A stretch of DNA of 64,000 bases from Patescibacteria group bacterium. Its GTDB lineage: Bacteria > Patescibacteriota > Minisyncoccia > Phycocordibacterales > Phycocordibacteraceae. Location: the NCBI GenBank assembly GCA_018826905.1, contig JAHJYC010000003.1:36963-100962 (forward strand). The letters run 5' to 3'. Below the pieces are notes generated by a model. That model had not been told where the DNA came from, did no database searches, and was given only the letters and a program-made list of their open reading frames with translations. Positions 1 to 8,735 of the stretch are shown here, one piece after another. Position 1 is the first letter of the stretch, and every line of letters begins with the position of its first letter. The position numbers and the translations under genes were made by a program.

Positions 1-156
1 ATTTATGAGGTAAGAGTCACTTCGCTAGACTTCACGCCTTCAGATGAATGTGTGGAAATAAGGTTTGTAGACGCTGCCGAAGCACGAGAATTGGATCTAT
101 TTGAGAACGTACATATATTTACTGGATTATTTGATGCCTCCAGGCACAGCACATAG
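1..156 (+). CDS. Partial CDS (3' end), possibly a NUDIX-type hydrolase C-terminus
   Basis: Frame 1 is open from the window edge to TAG at 154-156: IYEVRVTSLDFTPSDECVEIRFVDAAEARELDLF...; it resembles the 'E..E..F...E' tail of Nudix proteins. Confidence 0.4.
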   Translation: MYEVRVTSLDFTPSDECVEIRFVDAAEARELDLFENVHIFTGLFDASRHST

Positions 157-167
157 CAGTTTCCCCT

Positions 168-515
168 ATGAAGTACTGGATTCGCCGTCTCTCTCACCCG
201 TTTCGTGGACTTCGGTACGCATTTACACACGACAGTGCTATTCGTATAGAAACACTGTTGGCTGCTGTAGGGCTTCCTACTGTTTATTTCGTATTCAACC
301 TCTCAACGAGCGAGTTACTGTTGCTCACGTTCTGTTGGTTTTTTGTTATGGTTGCTGAGCTACAAAACTCTGCAATTGAAGTAGCACTCACTAAAGTGCA
401 TCCAGAACACAGCGAAGAAATCGGACGCAGTAAAGACTTGGCAGCTGCTGCAGTAGTGTGGGCGTCACTCTTTGGAGTCATTTGTCTTGTGTATGTCGTG
501 AGCGGAAAACTGTAG
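168..515 (+). CDS. dgkA: Prokaryotic diacylglycerol/undecaprenol kinase family
   Basis: Three TM segments; 'ELQNSAIE' and 'GRSKDLAAAAV' match DgkA motifs. Confidence 0.85.
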   Translation: MKYWIRRLSHPFRGLRYAFTHDSAIRIETLLAAVGLPTVYFVFNLSTSELLLLTFCWFFVMVAELQNSAIEVALTKVHPEHSEEIGRSKDLAAAAVVWASLFGVICLVYVVSGKL

Positions 516-607
516 TTTTACTTTCTGTACCAAAAAGGCGCATGGTATCGTGTACACAGCACACGCGCTTTGCGCAGTGAAATTGTATTCGTAACAGCAC
601 TTTTTAT

Positions 608-1519
608 ATGAACACTCTTGTTTACAAGCACACGATTGAAATTAGTTTAATAGCGTTTCTCGCTCTTGCAGCAGTACTCCTCTATGCACCAAAGGCAGAG
701 GCAGCAACCTGCGTCTTTAGCACAACAAATCTAGAGATGGGATCTGTCGGAGAAGATGTGCGCTGCTTGCAGAAGTATCTAAACGGAGCCGGGTTCACCG
801 TTTCAACAAGTGGAGTCGGGTCTCCTGGAAGTGAAACGAATCAATTTCAGAGTAAGACACTTGATGCCGTAAAGAGGTGGCAAGTAGCCAACGGCGTCAG
901 TCCTTTCACGGGAACCTGGGGACCGCTTTCTCGTGCTAAGTATCTTTCTTTAACTGCTTCAGTCCCTACGACACCTGTCCCAACAACTCCAACAGTCCCT
1001 ACGACACCTGTAGTGAACACGCAGGAGAAGAGTGCACGCACAGCCCTTCAGAACGTTCGTGACAACTATGAAGATGCTCAAGAAGATTATGAAGACGCGA
1101 AAGATGATGGAGACAGTCTTGGGAAGTCTAAGACATACCTCGCAGAGGCTCTAGAAGACCTCCTAAAGGGACTTTATGCATTTATTGACCAGGATTACGC
1201 AAAGGCAGTAAGTCATGCTAAGAACGCAGAATCTTTGGTTGATGACGCACAGGATGAGCTTGGTGGAAGCAAGGGCGATAAAGAGGATGCAAAGGAAGCA
1301 ATTGAAGACGCAGATGAAGCGTATGACGATGCAAAAGACGAGATCAACGACGCAGACGATGACGGAGACGATGTAGACAAGGCAAGAAATATTCTTGCTG
1401 ACGCTAAGGAAGCATTAAAGGATGCAGAAGATGAATATGACGACGGAGACTACAACAGTGCTCTGGAGTACGCAAAGGACGCAAGTGCACTTATAAAGAA
1501 AGCGTTAAAGGCACTCTAG
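608..1519 (+). CDS. Secreted peptidoglycan-binding domain protein with P/T linker and acidic helical repeats
   Basis: Signal peptide; 'LEMGSVGEDVRCLQKYLN...GTWGPLSRA' is PG_binding_1-like; PTT repeats; D/E/A-rich C-terminus. Confidence 0.75.
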   Translation: MNTLVYKHTIEISLIAFLALAAVLLYAPKAEAATCVFSTTNLEMGSVGEDVRCLQKYLNGAGFTVSTSGVGSPGSETNQFQSKTLDAVKRWQVANGVSPFTGTWGPLSRAKYLSLTASVPTTPVPTTPTVPTTPVVNTQEKSARTALQNVRDNYEDAQEDYEDAKDDGDSLGKSKTYLAEALEDLLKGLYAFIDQDYAKAVSHAKNAESLVDDAQDELGGSKGDKEDAKEAIEDADEAYDDAKDEINDADDDGDDVDKARNILADAKEALKDAEDEYDDGDYNSALEYAKDASALIKKALKAL

Positions 1520-1532
1520 AAGAATAGAAAAG

Positions 1533-1561
1533 AAAAAGCCCCGCTCTATGCGGGGCTTTTT
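1533..1561. terminator. Bidirectional intrinsic terminator
   Basis: aaaaagccccgc-tctat-gcggggcttttt between convergent genes. Confidence 0.85.
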
Positions 1562-1578
1562 CTATAAGTAACGTTGAA

Positions 1579-1851
1579 TTACTTAACTGCGTCCTTAAGT
1601 GCCTTAGCTGCACGGAACTTAGGAGTGCGTGTAGCAGCGATCTTGATAGTCTCGCCAGTGCGTGGGTTGCGGCCAGTGCGAGCTGGGCGTGCCTTTGCAC
1701 TGAAGATACCAAGTCCAGCGATGGAAACTTCGTCTCCGCTGCTGATACCGGTGCTGATGCTTTCAATAACACACTCAACTGCGCGCTCTGCATCGGCCTT
1801 TGTTCCGCCGAGTACTTCCTGCACCTTTGCTGCGATGTCTGCTTTGTTCAT
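1579..1851 (-). CDS. hup: DNA-binding protein HU
   Basis: MNKADIAAKV...GLGIFSAKARPARTGRNPRTGETIKIAATRTPKFRAAKALKDAV. Confidence 0.95.
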   Translation of the reverse strand: MNKADIAAKVQEVLGGTKADAERAVECVIESISTGISSGDEVSIAGLGIFSAKARPARTGRNPRTGETIKIAATRTPKFRAAKALKDAVK

Positions 1852-1972
1852 GGTACGTAATGAGGATTAATCCCGTGTAGGGCTTGGTAAAGCCCTAAGA
1901 CAGGGCTACGTGGAAAGTATAGGAAATGCGCCATTTTACGCAATAGGGGTTGAAAAAGCGCGGGGATAATGC

Positions 1973-2007
1973 AAAATCCGCTTCGTCTATTGAACGAAGC
2001 GGATTTT
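1973..2007 (-). terminator. Intrinsic terminator after rny
   Basis: aaaatccgcttcgt...acgaagcggatttt inverted repeat. Confidence 0.8.
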
Positions 2008-2018
2008 AGTTGCCTAAT

Positions 2019-3548
2019 TTAGCGAGCAAATTCAACGACTCTGTTCTCGCGGATCACATTTACCTTGATTTCTCCTGGGTATTTTAGCTCTGCCTGTACA
2101 CGGTCTGAAATATCGCGAGCAAGTCGGTGCATGGCAAGGTCTGAGACCTTTCCAGGGTTTACGAATATGCGAATCTCGCGTCCTGCTGATATTGCGTATA
2201 CCTTTTCTACGCCAGGGAAGGCAGAAGCGATGCGCTCAAGGTCTCCAAGACGGTCTAGGTACCGCTCTACAGTGTCTCTGCGAGCGCCTGGACGTCCTGC
2301 TGATATTGCGTCTGCCACCTGCACGATTACTGATTCAGGAGTTTCGTACGGATACTCTTCATGGTGCGATTGCATTGCCTGAATCACTGGTTTTGCAACA
2401 CCAAACTTCTCAAGGATCCTGCGCCCGATCTCCACGTGTGTTCCTTCAACTTCATGATCTACCGCTTTTCCAATGTCATGAAGAAGAGCACCTGCCTTAG
2501 CAACATCTATATCTGCACCGAGCTCTGTAGCAAGCATGGTAGCGAGGTGTGCCATTTCAATTGAGTGCTGAAGTACGTTTTGTCCGTAGCTCGTACGGAA
2601 ATGGAGGCGGCCCAGGAGCGCAACCAGGCGAGGATCAAGTCCTACAACGCCAACCTCGTACGCAGCCTCCTCACCCTTTTGTCGCACCATCTCTGTTATC
2701 TCTTCGCGAGCCTTCTCAACACTTTCCTCAATCTTAGCGGGCTGAATACGGCCGTCGCTAATAAGGCGCTCAAGAGCAAGCTTTGCAGTGTGGCGGCGCA
2801 ACGGATCAAAGGAAGAAAGGGTTATTTTGTCCGGAGCGTCGTCAATAATCACATCAACACCAGTAGCGCGTTCAAATGCCTTAATATTTCTTCCTTCCTT
2901 TCCAATAACTTTCCCCTTGATCTCCTCAGACGGAATCTGAACAGAGAGTGTCATCACTTCGTTGTTCACGCTCGCACTCATGCGGTGAATAATAGAAAGA
3001 AGGATGGAGCGGGCCTTCTCCTCAAGCTGTGCTTTTCCGTGTGCCTCAAGCTTCTGAAGACGCACAAGCACACTCTCTTGCTGGCTCTCCTCAAGGTCCT
3101 TCATGAGAAGCGCGCGCGCTTCATTCTCAGAGAGGTGCGCGAGCCGTACGAGCTCTTGTCTGCGTTCGGTAAGCAACTTATCAAATTCACGCTTAAGGTT
3201 AGCCACTTCGTTCTCACGATTCTTTATGTCCTCTGCCTCAATTGAGAGGCCGCGCTCACGATCATCAAGAAATTCCTCACGCTTTGACAGGCGCTCTGCA
3301 TATTTAGCTACTTTTTCCTCACGTTCCCTAATAGGTTCAGAACGCTCGCTCTCCAGCTTTTTTGCGCGGTGCTCAGCGTCTTCAATAAGACGGCTGGCGC
3401 GCTCCTTTGCCTCAAGCATTTTCTGCTTTACCTCAAGCTCAAGCGAGCCACGCTGCCCAAGTGCAATCAAAAGGCGCAGCACATACCCAAGGGCAATGCC
3501 GGCAAGACCCGAAAGGGCCAAAAGGCTCAATACTATTTTTATGGACAT
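2019..3548 (-). CDS. rny: Ribonuclease Y
   Basis: N-terminal TM, coiled coil, KH domain (KGKVIGKEGRNIK) and HD domain (LLHDIGKA). Confidence 0.95.
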   Translation of the reverse strand: MSIKIVLSLLALSGLAGIALGYVLRLLIALGQRGSLELEVKQKMLEAKERASRLIEDAEHRAKKLESERSEPIREREEKVAKYAERLSKREEFLDDRERGLSIEAEDIKNRENEVANLKREFDKLLTERRQELVRLAHLSENEARALLMKDLEESQQESVLVRLQKLEAHGKAQLEEKARSILLSIIHRMSASVNNEVMTLSVQIPSEEIKGKVIGKEGRNIKAFERATGVDVIIDDAPDKITLSSFDPLRRHTAKLALERLISDGRIQPAKIEESVEKAREEITEMVRQKGEEAAYEVGVVGLDPRLVALLGRLHFRTSYGQNVLQHSIEMAHLATMLATELGADIDVAKAGALLHDIGKAVDHEVEGTHVEIGRRILEKFGVAKPVIQAMQSHHEEYPYETPESVIVQVADAISAGRPGARRDTVERYLDRLGDLERIASAFPGVEKVYAISAGREIRIFVNPGKVSDLAMHRLARDISDRVQAELKYPGEIKVNVIRENRVVEFAR

Positions 3549-3689
3549 ACAGGGGGAGCTTTTACGCCCTTACGACAGGGAATAAAAGAATATAAACAAA
3601 TGTAAGTGAGGACAGATAAGCAATCAGGTCAGTTGTGCAGATCCTCAGAACATCAGCAAAATAACACGTTTTTTAGGGTTCGTAAAATT

Positions 3690-3720
3690 AAGAAGGGCTC
3701 CCTTTAGGGGAGCCCTTCTT
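3690..3720 (-). terminator. Intrinsic terminator after clpP
   Basis: aagaagggctccc-tttag-gggagcccttctt. Confidence 0.8.
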
Positions 3721-3733
3721 ACCCTCGCGTCCT

Positions 3734-4342
3734 CTATTTTGTCTTGTACACCTGGTCTACAAGCCCATACTTCTTGGCCTCGTCTGCCATCATGAAGTAG
3801 TCGCGGTCCACATCCTTTTCAATTTTAGACAGCTCTTGTCCGGTGGCTTTCGCAAGAATCTTATTCAAGCGATCGCGTGTTGCAAGAATGTGCTTTGCGG
3901 TGATTTCAATGTCAGCTGCCTGTCCCTGCGCGCCTCCCCATGGCTGGTGGATCATCACCTCAGCGTTTGGAAGTGCGTAGCGCTTACCTTTAGCACCAGA
4001 CGCTAAGATAACTGCAGCAGCAGACGCTGCCATACCAACACATACCGTAGATACGTCTGGCTTCACATGATTCATGGTATCCAGAATCGCAAGACCAGCT
4101 GTAACAGAACCGCCAGGAGAGTTTACGTACAAAGAAATATCTTTCTTTGGATCCTCAGACTCAAGAAAGAGGAGCTGGGCGATAATGAGATTGGCCATAT
4201 CATCATCAATACCGCCTCCAAGAAAGACGATGCGGTCTTTTAGAAGACGTGAATAGATATCATACCCACGCTCCCCGAATTGAGATTTCTCAACAACCAT
4301 TGGGACGAGCATGGCGCGAGGATTTTTGTGTTGGTGTTCCAT
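3734..4342 (-). CDS. clpP: ATP-dependent Clp protease proteolytic subunit
   Basis: [35 protein letters not shown] and MIHQP motifs; start moved to the ATG at 4342 (MEHQHK...). Confidence 0.95.
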   Translation of the reverse strand: MEHQHKNPRAMLVPMVVEKSQFGERGYDIYSRLLKDRIVFLGGGIDDDMANLIIAQLLFLESEDPKKDISLYVNSPGGSVTAGLAILDTMNHVKPDVSTVCVGMAASAAAVILASGAKGKRYALPNAEVMIHQPWGGAQGQAADIEITAKHILATRDRLNKILAKATGQELSKIEKDVDRDYFMMADEAKKYGLVDQVYKTK

Positions 4343-4424
4343 AGTGAAGAGTATGGTACCAGACGAGAGGAGGGGTACGCAAAAGCGCTCCCTGTAAGGA
4401 GCGCTTTGTGCGAAAGAGGTATCG

Positions 4425-4697
4425 CTATTCTGCAAGCGAGGCCTCAAGCTCTGCAAAGGCTGCGTCAATCTCTTGGTCAAACTGCTCAGGGGATTGAGCT
4501 TCAAGATCTCCCTCAATTGCAGCTTGTTCGGTTGAGTCACTCTGAGTACTGAGTGCCTCAACAACTGAGTCCTCGTTTGCGGGGAACGTATCTCTCAAAT
4601 AAAAGATACCTATTGCAACAAGGAGCATGACGAGAACTGCAATACCGAGTGTGATCCAGGAGATCTTACGAGCTGGAGTTGATGGGGAATATGCCAT
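4425..4697 (-). CDS. Hypothetical single-TM protein
   Basis: [34 protein letters not shown] followed by an acidic tail. Confidence 0.65.
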   Translation of the reverse strand: MAYSPSTPARKISWITLGIAVLVMLLVAIGIFYLRDTFPANEDSVVEALSTQSDSTEQAAIEGDLEAQSPEQFDQEIDAAFAELEASLAE

Positions 4698-4707
4698 ACA
4701 AGTGAGA

Positions 4708-5520
4708 TTACTGCGCAGGTGTATCCTCGCGCTTTGGTAATGCCGAAACGGTAGCGCGGAGGGCTTCATGTGCGGACCTGAGTGCCTCCTTAGCGCGAGT
4801 AATACTTGGCTGTATTGAACCCAGTAACTCTCTTGGGTTCTCTGAGGCGAGTGCAGATGCAGTTGCGTCTGCTACAGCGGTAATTGCGTCTTCAGCTGCA
4901 GCAATCTTTGTGCGTGCTGTACCTAAGGCGCTTTCAGCAGCACTCGTGTCGGCCCCTCCTTCGCTAAGTTCTGAGATTCTTGCCTCAATGCGATCTGCAA
5001 GACCTGTTAGTCGCAGGCTCATTGCGCTCAATACCTGCATCGCATGATCAAAGCGCTTGCTCACTGCTTCAGTCACGCGCTCCTTAAATAGTTCTTTTCT
5101 CTCAGCAGTACTTGAGGCAAACGCAGCGCGCTTTTCCATAACCTGCTCTTTACGTTCTTCAAGATTTACACGCATGAGTTGCTTGCGCTCCTCTACATGT
5201 ACGCGCACCGCTTCCTTTCGCTCAGCTTGGATTTCTTTTTTTTCCTCAATAGCTGCGGCTCTCTCTTCTTGACGAGCTTCTGGTGTCAGTTGCTCTTTGC
5301 GTAGATCGCGTTCAGCAGCAAGCTCAGCTGCTGTTTTGCGAGCCTCTTGTTGGCGCTCAAGAAGTGCGTCTTTCTTTTCTAAGGCACGTTCTTTCACTTG
5401 AACTGCTCTATCAAGGAAAGTAGGTTCAGGTTTTGGTTCAGTGTTTGTGTCCTGTCCAAATACTGCAGGAGCAGCAAGGAGGAACGTGGCCACAAACATA
5501 ACGAATACAGATATCTTCAT
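4708..5520 (-). CDS. Secreted long coiled-coil protein
   Basis: Signal peptide followed by E/K/R/A-rich helices. Confidence 0.75.
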   Translation of the reverse strand: MKISVFVMFVATFLLAAPAVFGQDTNTEPKPEPTFLDRAVQVKERALEKKDALLERQQEARKTAAELAAERDLRKEQLTPEARQEERAAAIEEKKEIQAERKEAVRVHVEERKQLMRVNLEERKEQVMEKRAAFASSTAERKELFKERVTEAVSKRFDHAMQVLSAMSLRLTGLADRIEARISELSEGGADTSAAESALGTARTKIAAAEDAITAVADATASALASENPRELLGSIQPSITRAKEALRSAHEALRATVSALPKREDTPAQ

Positions 5521-5641
5521 GGGGAAATTGTTCTAGTACTAACAGACACTGCTGAAAGGCAATGTATGTGTAGTATACCGCTTCTGTATTACACAAAAGT
5601 ACCCTGCGTGAACAGAGTACTTTGTAGTATCACTTGTGAAG

Positions 5642-5902
5642 TTAGCGAGGCTGCGGCTCCATGTCTCCTGACTCAACGTCAGCAGACCCGTCAACATCAG
5701 GAAGCACTTCTCCGAGAGCTTCATTCTGCGGCATCTCTTCGTTAATACGCTCGCCCCAGACGTAGAACGCACCTGCAACGAGAATAACCACAATAAGAAT
5801 GATACCGAGAATAGCTCCGTATGCAGGTGCCTTCTTAGGTTCTGGTGCAGGAGCAGGCTCAGGGGTGGTCTCAACAGGGTTCATGTTCTCGTCTGGATTC
5901 AT
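5642..5902 (-). CDS. Hypothetical single-TM protein
   Basis: Pro-rich N-terminus, TM (GAILGIILIVVILVAGAFYVWG), acidic tail. Confidence 0.7.
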   Translation of the reverse strand: MNPDENMNPVETTPEPAPAPEPKKAPAYGAILGIILIVVILVAGAFYVWGERINEEMPQNEALGEVLPDVDGSADVESGDMEPQPR

Positions 5903-5971
5903 AGGTACGTGATTAGGCTATGTACTTAAGTATATAAGGAATATCTAGCAGAGGCCTTGTGGTTGGGGATA

Positions 5972-6005
5972 GAGAAATCCCCGGGTATATTCCCGGGGAT
6001 TTCCT
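5972..6005 (-). terminator. Intrinsic terminator after ppa
   Basis: gaaatccccggg-tatatt-cccggggatttc. Confidence 0.75.
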
Positions 6006-6015
6006 TCTCGCTTCT

Positions 6016-6534
6016 TTATTTCTTCGCCGTATACAACTCACACGCACGCGTGAAAGCTGACTGTGCTGCTTCCTTATCTTGCCACTCTCCCAAAGACACT
6101 TCCTTGTTCTGTATCTTCTTGTACGTCTCAAAGAAATGCGAAATCTCTTTAAGTGTGTGCTTGTTTACATCCGAGAGATCTTTAATGTCTGCAAAGCGTG
6201 GATCGTTTGCTGGCACTGCAAGTACTTTCTCGTCTGGCTCGCCTCCGTCCACCATAGGCAGGACACCGATAGGGCGCGCATGCACGAGAATTCCTGGGAG
6301 TAGAGGCTGCGTTGTAAGAAGAACAACATCAAGCGCATCTCCGTCATCCCAGAGTGTCTGTGGCACAAAGCCATAGTCAAATGGGTACGCCTGAGCAGTG
6401 TGTAACACACGATCAAGCGCAATCATGCCGGTCTCCTTGTCTATCTCGTACTTGTTCCGCGATCCATTTGGAATCTCAATGATGACGTTCATTTCATCTT
6501 TCGTTCCCGGTGCTATGTCGTGAAGAAGATTCAT
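6016..6534 (-). CDS. ppa: Inorganic pyrophosphatase (family I)
   Basis: IEIP...KYE, YPFDYGFVPQTLWDDGDALDV and DEKVLAV motifs. Confidence 0.95.
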   Translation of the reverse strand: MNLLHDIAPGTKDEMNVIIEIPNGSRNKYEIDKETGMIALDRVLHTAQAYPFDYGFVPQTLWDDGDALDVVLLTTQPLLPGILVHARPIGVLPMVDGGEPDEKVLAVPANDPRFADIKDLSDVNKHTLKEISHFFETYKKIQNKEVSLGEWQDKEAAQSAFTRACELYTAKK

Positions 6535-6546
6535 AGATTAAGTAGG

Positions 6547-7926
6547 TTACGCTTCGTCTCTTGCTTCCTCAGCGTCAGACACGCTTTCATTGCCATCATC
6601 TGTCTGTGTTGTCTCCTCTTCCATAGACAGGGTGTTGTTCGCAGGAGCTTCTTCTGTAACTACAGACTCAGATTCTGTTGGGTCAATACCAGCTGCAACA
6701 GCAGGGTCCATATCCTCAGCTGCTTCAGTAGCGGCAACAGATTCGTCAGACGCACCCTCAACTGCAGCGGCATTTCCTGAGTCAGCAACGCTTTCGCCAC
6801 CTACTGCTGCGATATCAATGTTCCAGCCAGTAAGCTTTGCGGCGAGTCGTACATTTTGTCCGCCTCGTCCGATAGCAAGTGACTGCTGATCTTCAGATAC
6901 GGTCACTGTTGCACGGTGTCCTTCCTCGTCTATCTCAACATCAAGCACTGTTGCAGGGGAGAGAGATTCTTTAATAAAGGCTGCCTGGTCTTCAGACCAC
7001 TCAATAATATCAATGCGCTCTCCGCCAAGGGCGGCCATAACGGTAGACACACGAACTCCACGCTGTCCGACGAGTGATCCAACCGGATCAACATGTGGAT
7101 CAAGAGAAGCAATCGCAATCTTTGTACGGCTTCCTGGTTCGCGCGCGAGACCCTTTACTTCAATTGCGCCAGAAGCTAGTTCAGGCACTTCCATCTCAAA
7201 CAGGCGAGTGAGGAAGCGAGGGTGACTGCGTGAAAGACGCAGGTACACACCGCGGAATCCCTCGTCTACTGCATAGAGGTAAGCACTGATGCGCTCTCCG
7301 GTGCGGTAGCGCTCTCCTGGGATCTGCTCCTCGTAGGGAATGATTCCTGTCGCGCGTCCAAGGTCCACAAAGATAGCGCCGCGCTCAGCGCGCTGCACAA
7401 TACCGGTAACGATTTCACCCTTCTTGTGACCGAACTCGTCCAGGATAGAAAGCTTCTCAGCTTCGCGGATCTTTTGAATAACCACCTGCTTTGCTGTCTG
7501 TGCTGCAATACGTCCAAAATCATCCTGTGGCTCAAGAGGGAAGATAAGTTCTTGTCCCACTTCAGCGTCGCGCTTAATACGCTTCGCGTCTTCAATAAGG
7601 ATGTGCTTCTCAGCATCATAACGAGGAAGTTCTCCCTCAGCGACAACCTCCTCTCGTTCGTAGTGAGGGTGTGCTTCAGGAAGCTCCTCTTCTCCCTCTT
7701 CAGGGAAACGCACCATCGTGTCGTCCACAATAGTTTTTACTTGTTCAAATGACACAGTTCCTGTGTCCATATCAAGCATGCCGCGTACTACCTGTCCGCG
7801 CTTCCCGTACTCCTTCTTGTAGGCAGTAGCCATGGCCTGCTCAATAGCATCCACCATAGTTTCCTTGGTGATGCCACGCTCTTCAAATTCTCCGAGCACT
7901 GAGTTGATTGTTTTTAGATCCAACAT
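6547..7926 (-). CDS. nusA: Transcription termination/antitermination factor NusA
   Basis: FGRIAAQTAKQV, S1 and KH domains (AREPGSRTKIA, AIGRGGQNVRLAAKLTGW), long acidic tail. Confidence 0.95.
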   Translation of the reverse strand: MLDLKTINSVLGEFEERGITKETMVDAIEQAMATAYKKEYGKRGQVVRGMLDMDTGTVSFEQVKTIVDDTMVRFPEEGEEELPEAHPHYEREEVVAEGELPRYDAEKHILIEDAKRIKRDAEVGQELIFPLEPQDDFGRIAAQTAKQVVIQKIREAEKLSILDEFGHKKGEIVTGIVQRAERGAIFVDLGRATGIIPYEEQIPGERYRTGERISAYLYAVDEGFRGVYLRLSRSHPRFLTRLFEMEVPELASGAIEVKGLAREPGSRTKIAIASLDPHVDPVGSLVGQRGVRVSTVMAALGGERIDIIEWSEDQAAFIKESLSPATVLDVEIDEEGHRATVTVSEDQQSLAIGRGGQNVRLAAKLTGWNIDIAAVGGESVADSGNAAAVEGASDESVAATEAAEDMDPAVAAGIDPTESESVVTEEAPANNTLSMEEETTQTDDGNESVSDAEEARDEA

Positions 7927-8062
7927 ACTTCTCTGTATTTAGTTGTTCGCACTATAGATGATTGTAATCGCACAGGGCTTTCTTAAAAAGAAATGCCCGC
8001 GGGAGCGGACAATTCAGATAGGCAAAAGGTACCATTTTAGGAGGGAAGGGTCAATAAGGGAC

Positions 8063-8093
8063 TTGACACATATATTAATATATGTACTACTGT
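8063..8093 (+). promoter_or_regulatory. Sigma70-like promoter of the mini-gene at 8198
   Basis: TTGACA at 8063-8068; imperfect -10 (TACTAC/TACTGT) 16-19 nt downstream. Confidence 0.55.
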
Positions 8094-8197
8094 GTCCAGG
8101 TCCGCGTATATGGAACCTAGTTTCCTTACAACTCACACCAGTGACTTGTAGAGCATTGTTCTTTGCAGTCACATCGCCTCAAGGAGGGGCAAAACAC

Positions 8198-8614
8198 ATG
8201 CGTACCACCGGTTTCAACACCTGGATGCAGAACAAGAAGGTCCAGACGGCCGCCGTGGCCGCCTGTAGCCTGATCCTCGGCGCCGTCGGCCATGCGATCA
8301 TCACGCCCGAGCCGGTCATCGCCGCCCCGCTGCCCGTCGAGTTCCGCGTCGGTCCCGGCGAGAGTCCGGCCAAATACGTCGGGAACATGACGGCCATCGC
8401 CCTGGGCGATGCCTGCAAGCTCCCGATCTATCTGGGTCAACAGCAGATCCGCAACCATGAGATCACGGCGCAGGAGGCCCGTGGCCACATGGCCGTTACT
8501 CGGAACTTCACCGACATCGTCCAGATCACGGTCGGCGTCCATCCGGACGCCAGGTTCCAGATCGTCGGCTCGACCATCACCTGCCCCGACGGCACCGTGG
8601 TCGGCGAAGGCTGA
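8198..8614 (+). CDS. SD-led, GC3-rich stand-alone mini-gene; N-terminally anchored/secreted hypothetical protein (138 aa)
   Basis: AAGGAGGGG at 8181-8189; almost all codons end in C/G; hydrophobic segment AAVAACSLILGAVGHAII; terminator at 8633-8680. Confidence 0.75.
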   Translation: MRTTGFNTWMQNKKVQTAAVAACSLILGAVGHAIITPEPVIAAPLPVEFRVGPGESPAKYVGNMTAIALGDACKLPIYLGQQQIRNHEITAQEARGHMAVTRNFTDIVQITVGVHPDARFQIVGSTITCPDGTVVGEG

Positions 8615-8632
8615 TCTGCGACTGACTGCTAC

Positions 8633-8680
8633 AAGAAAAAGCGCCCCGCAACTCCGGTTGTGTGGGCGTTTTCCTTTTTC
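8633..8680 (+). terminator. Intrinsic terminator of the 8198 mini-gene
   Basis: gcgccc-cgcaac-tccg-gttgtg-tgggcgt followed by tttcctttt. Confidence 0.7.
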
Positions 8681-8735
8681 ATACACATATATAGGTACGA
8701 GTGAATTGAGGGTGCTGCGTTATACTTTCTAAAGC

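Noticed and set aside
960-1011. 19-bp direct repeat as a CRISPR or DGR-type repeat
   Set aside because: Only two copies, in frame, encoding a Pro/Thr linker; no cas or reverse transcriptase genes.
2565-3605. Long plus-strand ORFs antisense to rny, and similar antisense ORFs over fusA, tuf, recJ and ribosomal genes
   Set aside because: They are antisense shadows of well-supported conserved genes with no independent motifs.
4343-4564. N-terminal extension of ClpP in the ORF track
   Set aside because: It overlaps the upstream gene and an intergenic hairpin; ClpP homology begins near MLVPMVVE.
5521-5540. ggaaattgttcta as a second SOS box
   Set aside because: Only the GTTC half-site matches; there is no GAAC at the correct spacing.
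7958-8197. 80-aa N-terminal extension of the 8198 gene in the ORF track
   Set aside because: It runs through the AT-rich promoter and leader; the SD and the codon shift mark ATG 8198 as the start.
8126-8732. Alternative long ORFs (8126-8686 -, 8409-8732 +) over mini-gene 1, and similar ones over 10571, 24065, 32381 and 48453
   Set aside because: These are shadow ORFs produced by high GC3 and few stop codons; only one frame has an SD, promoter, terminator and coherent codon bias.
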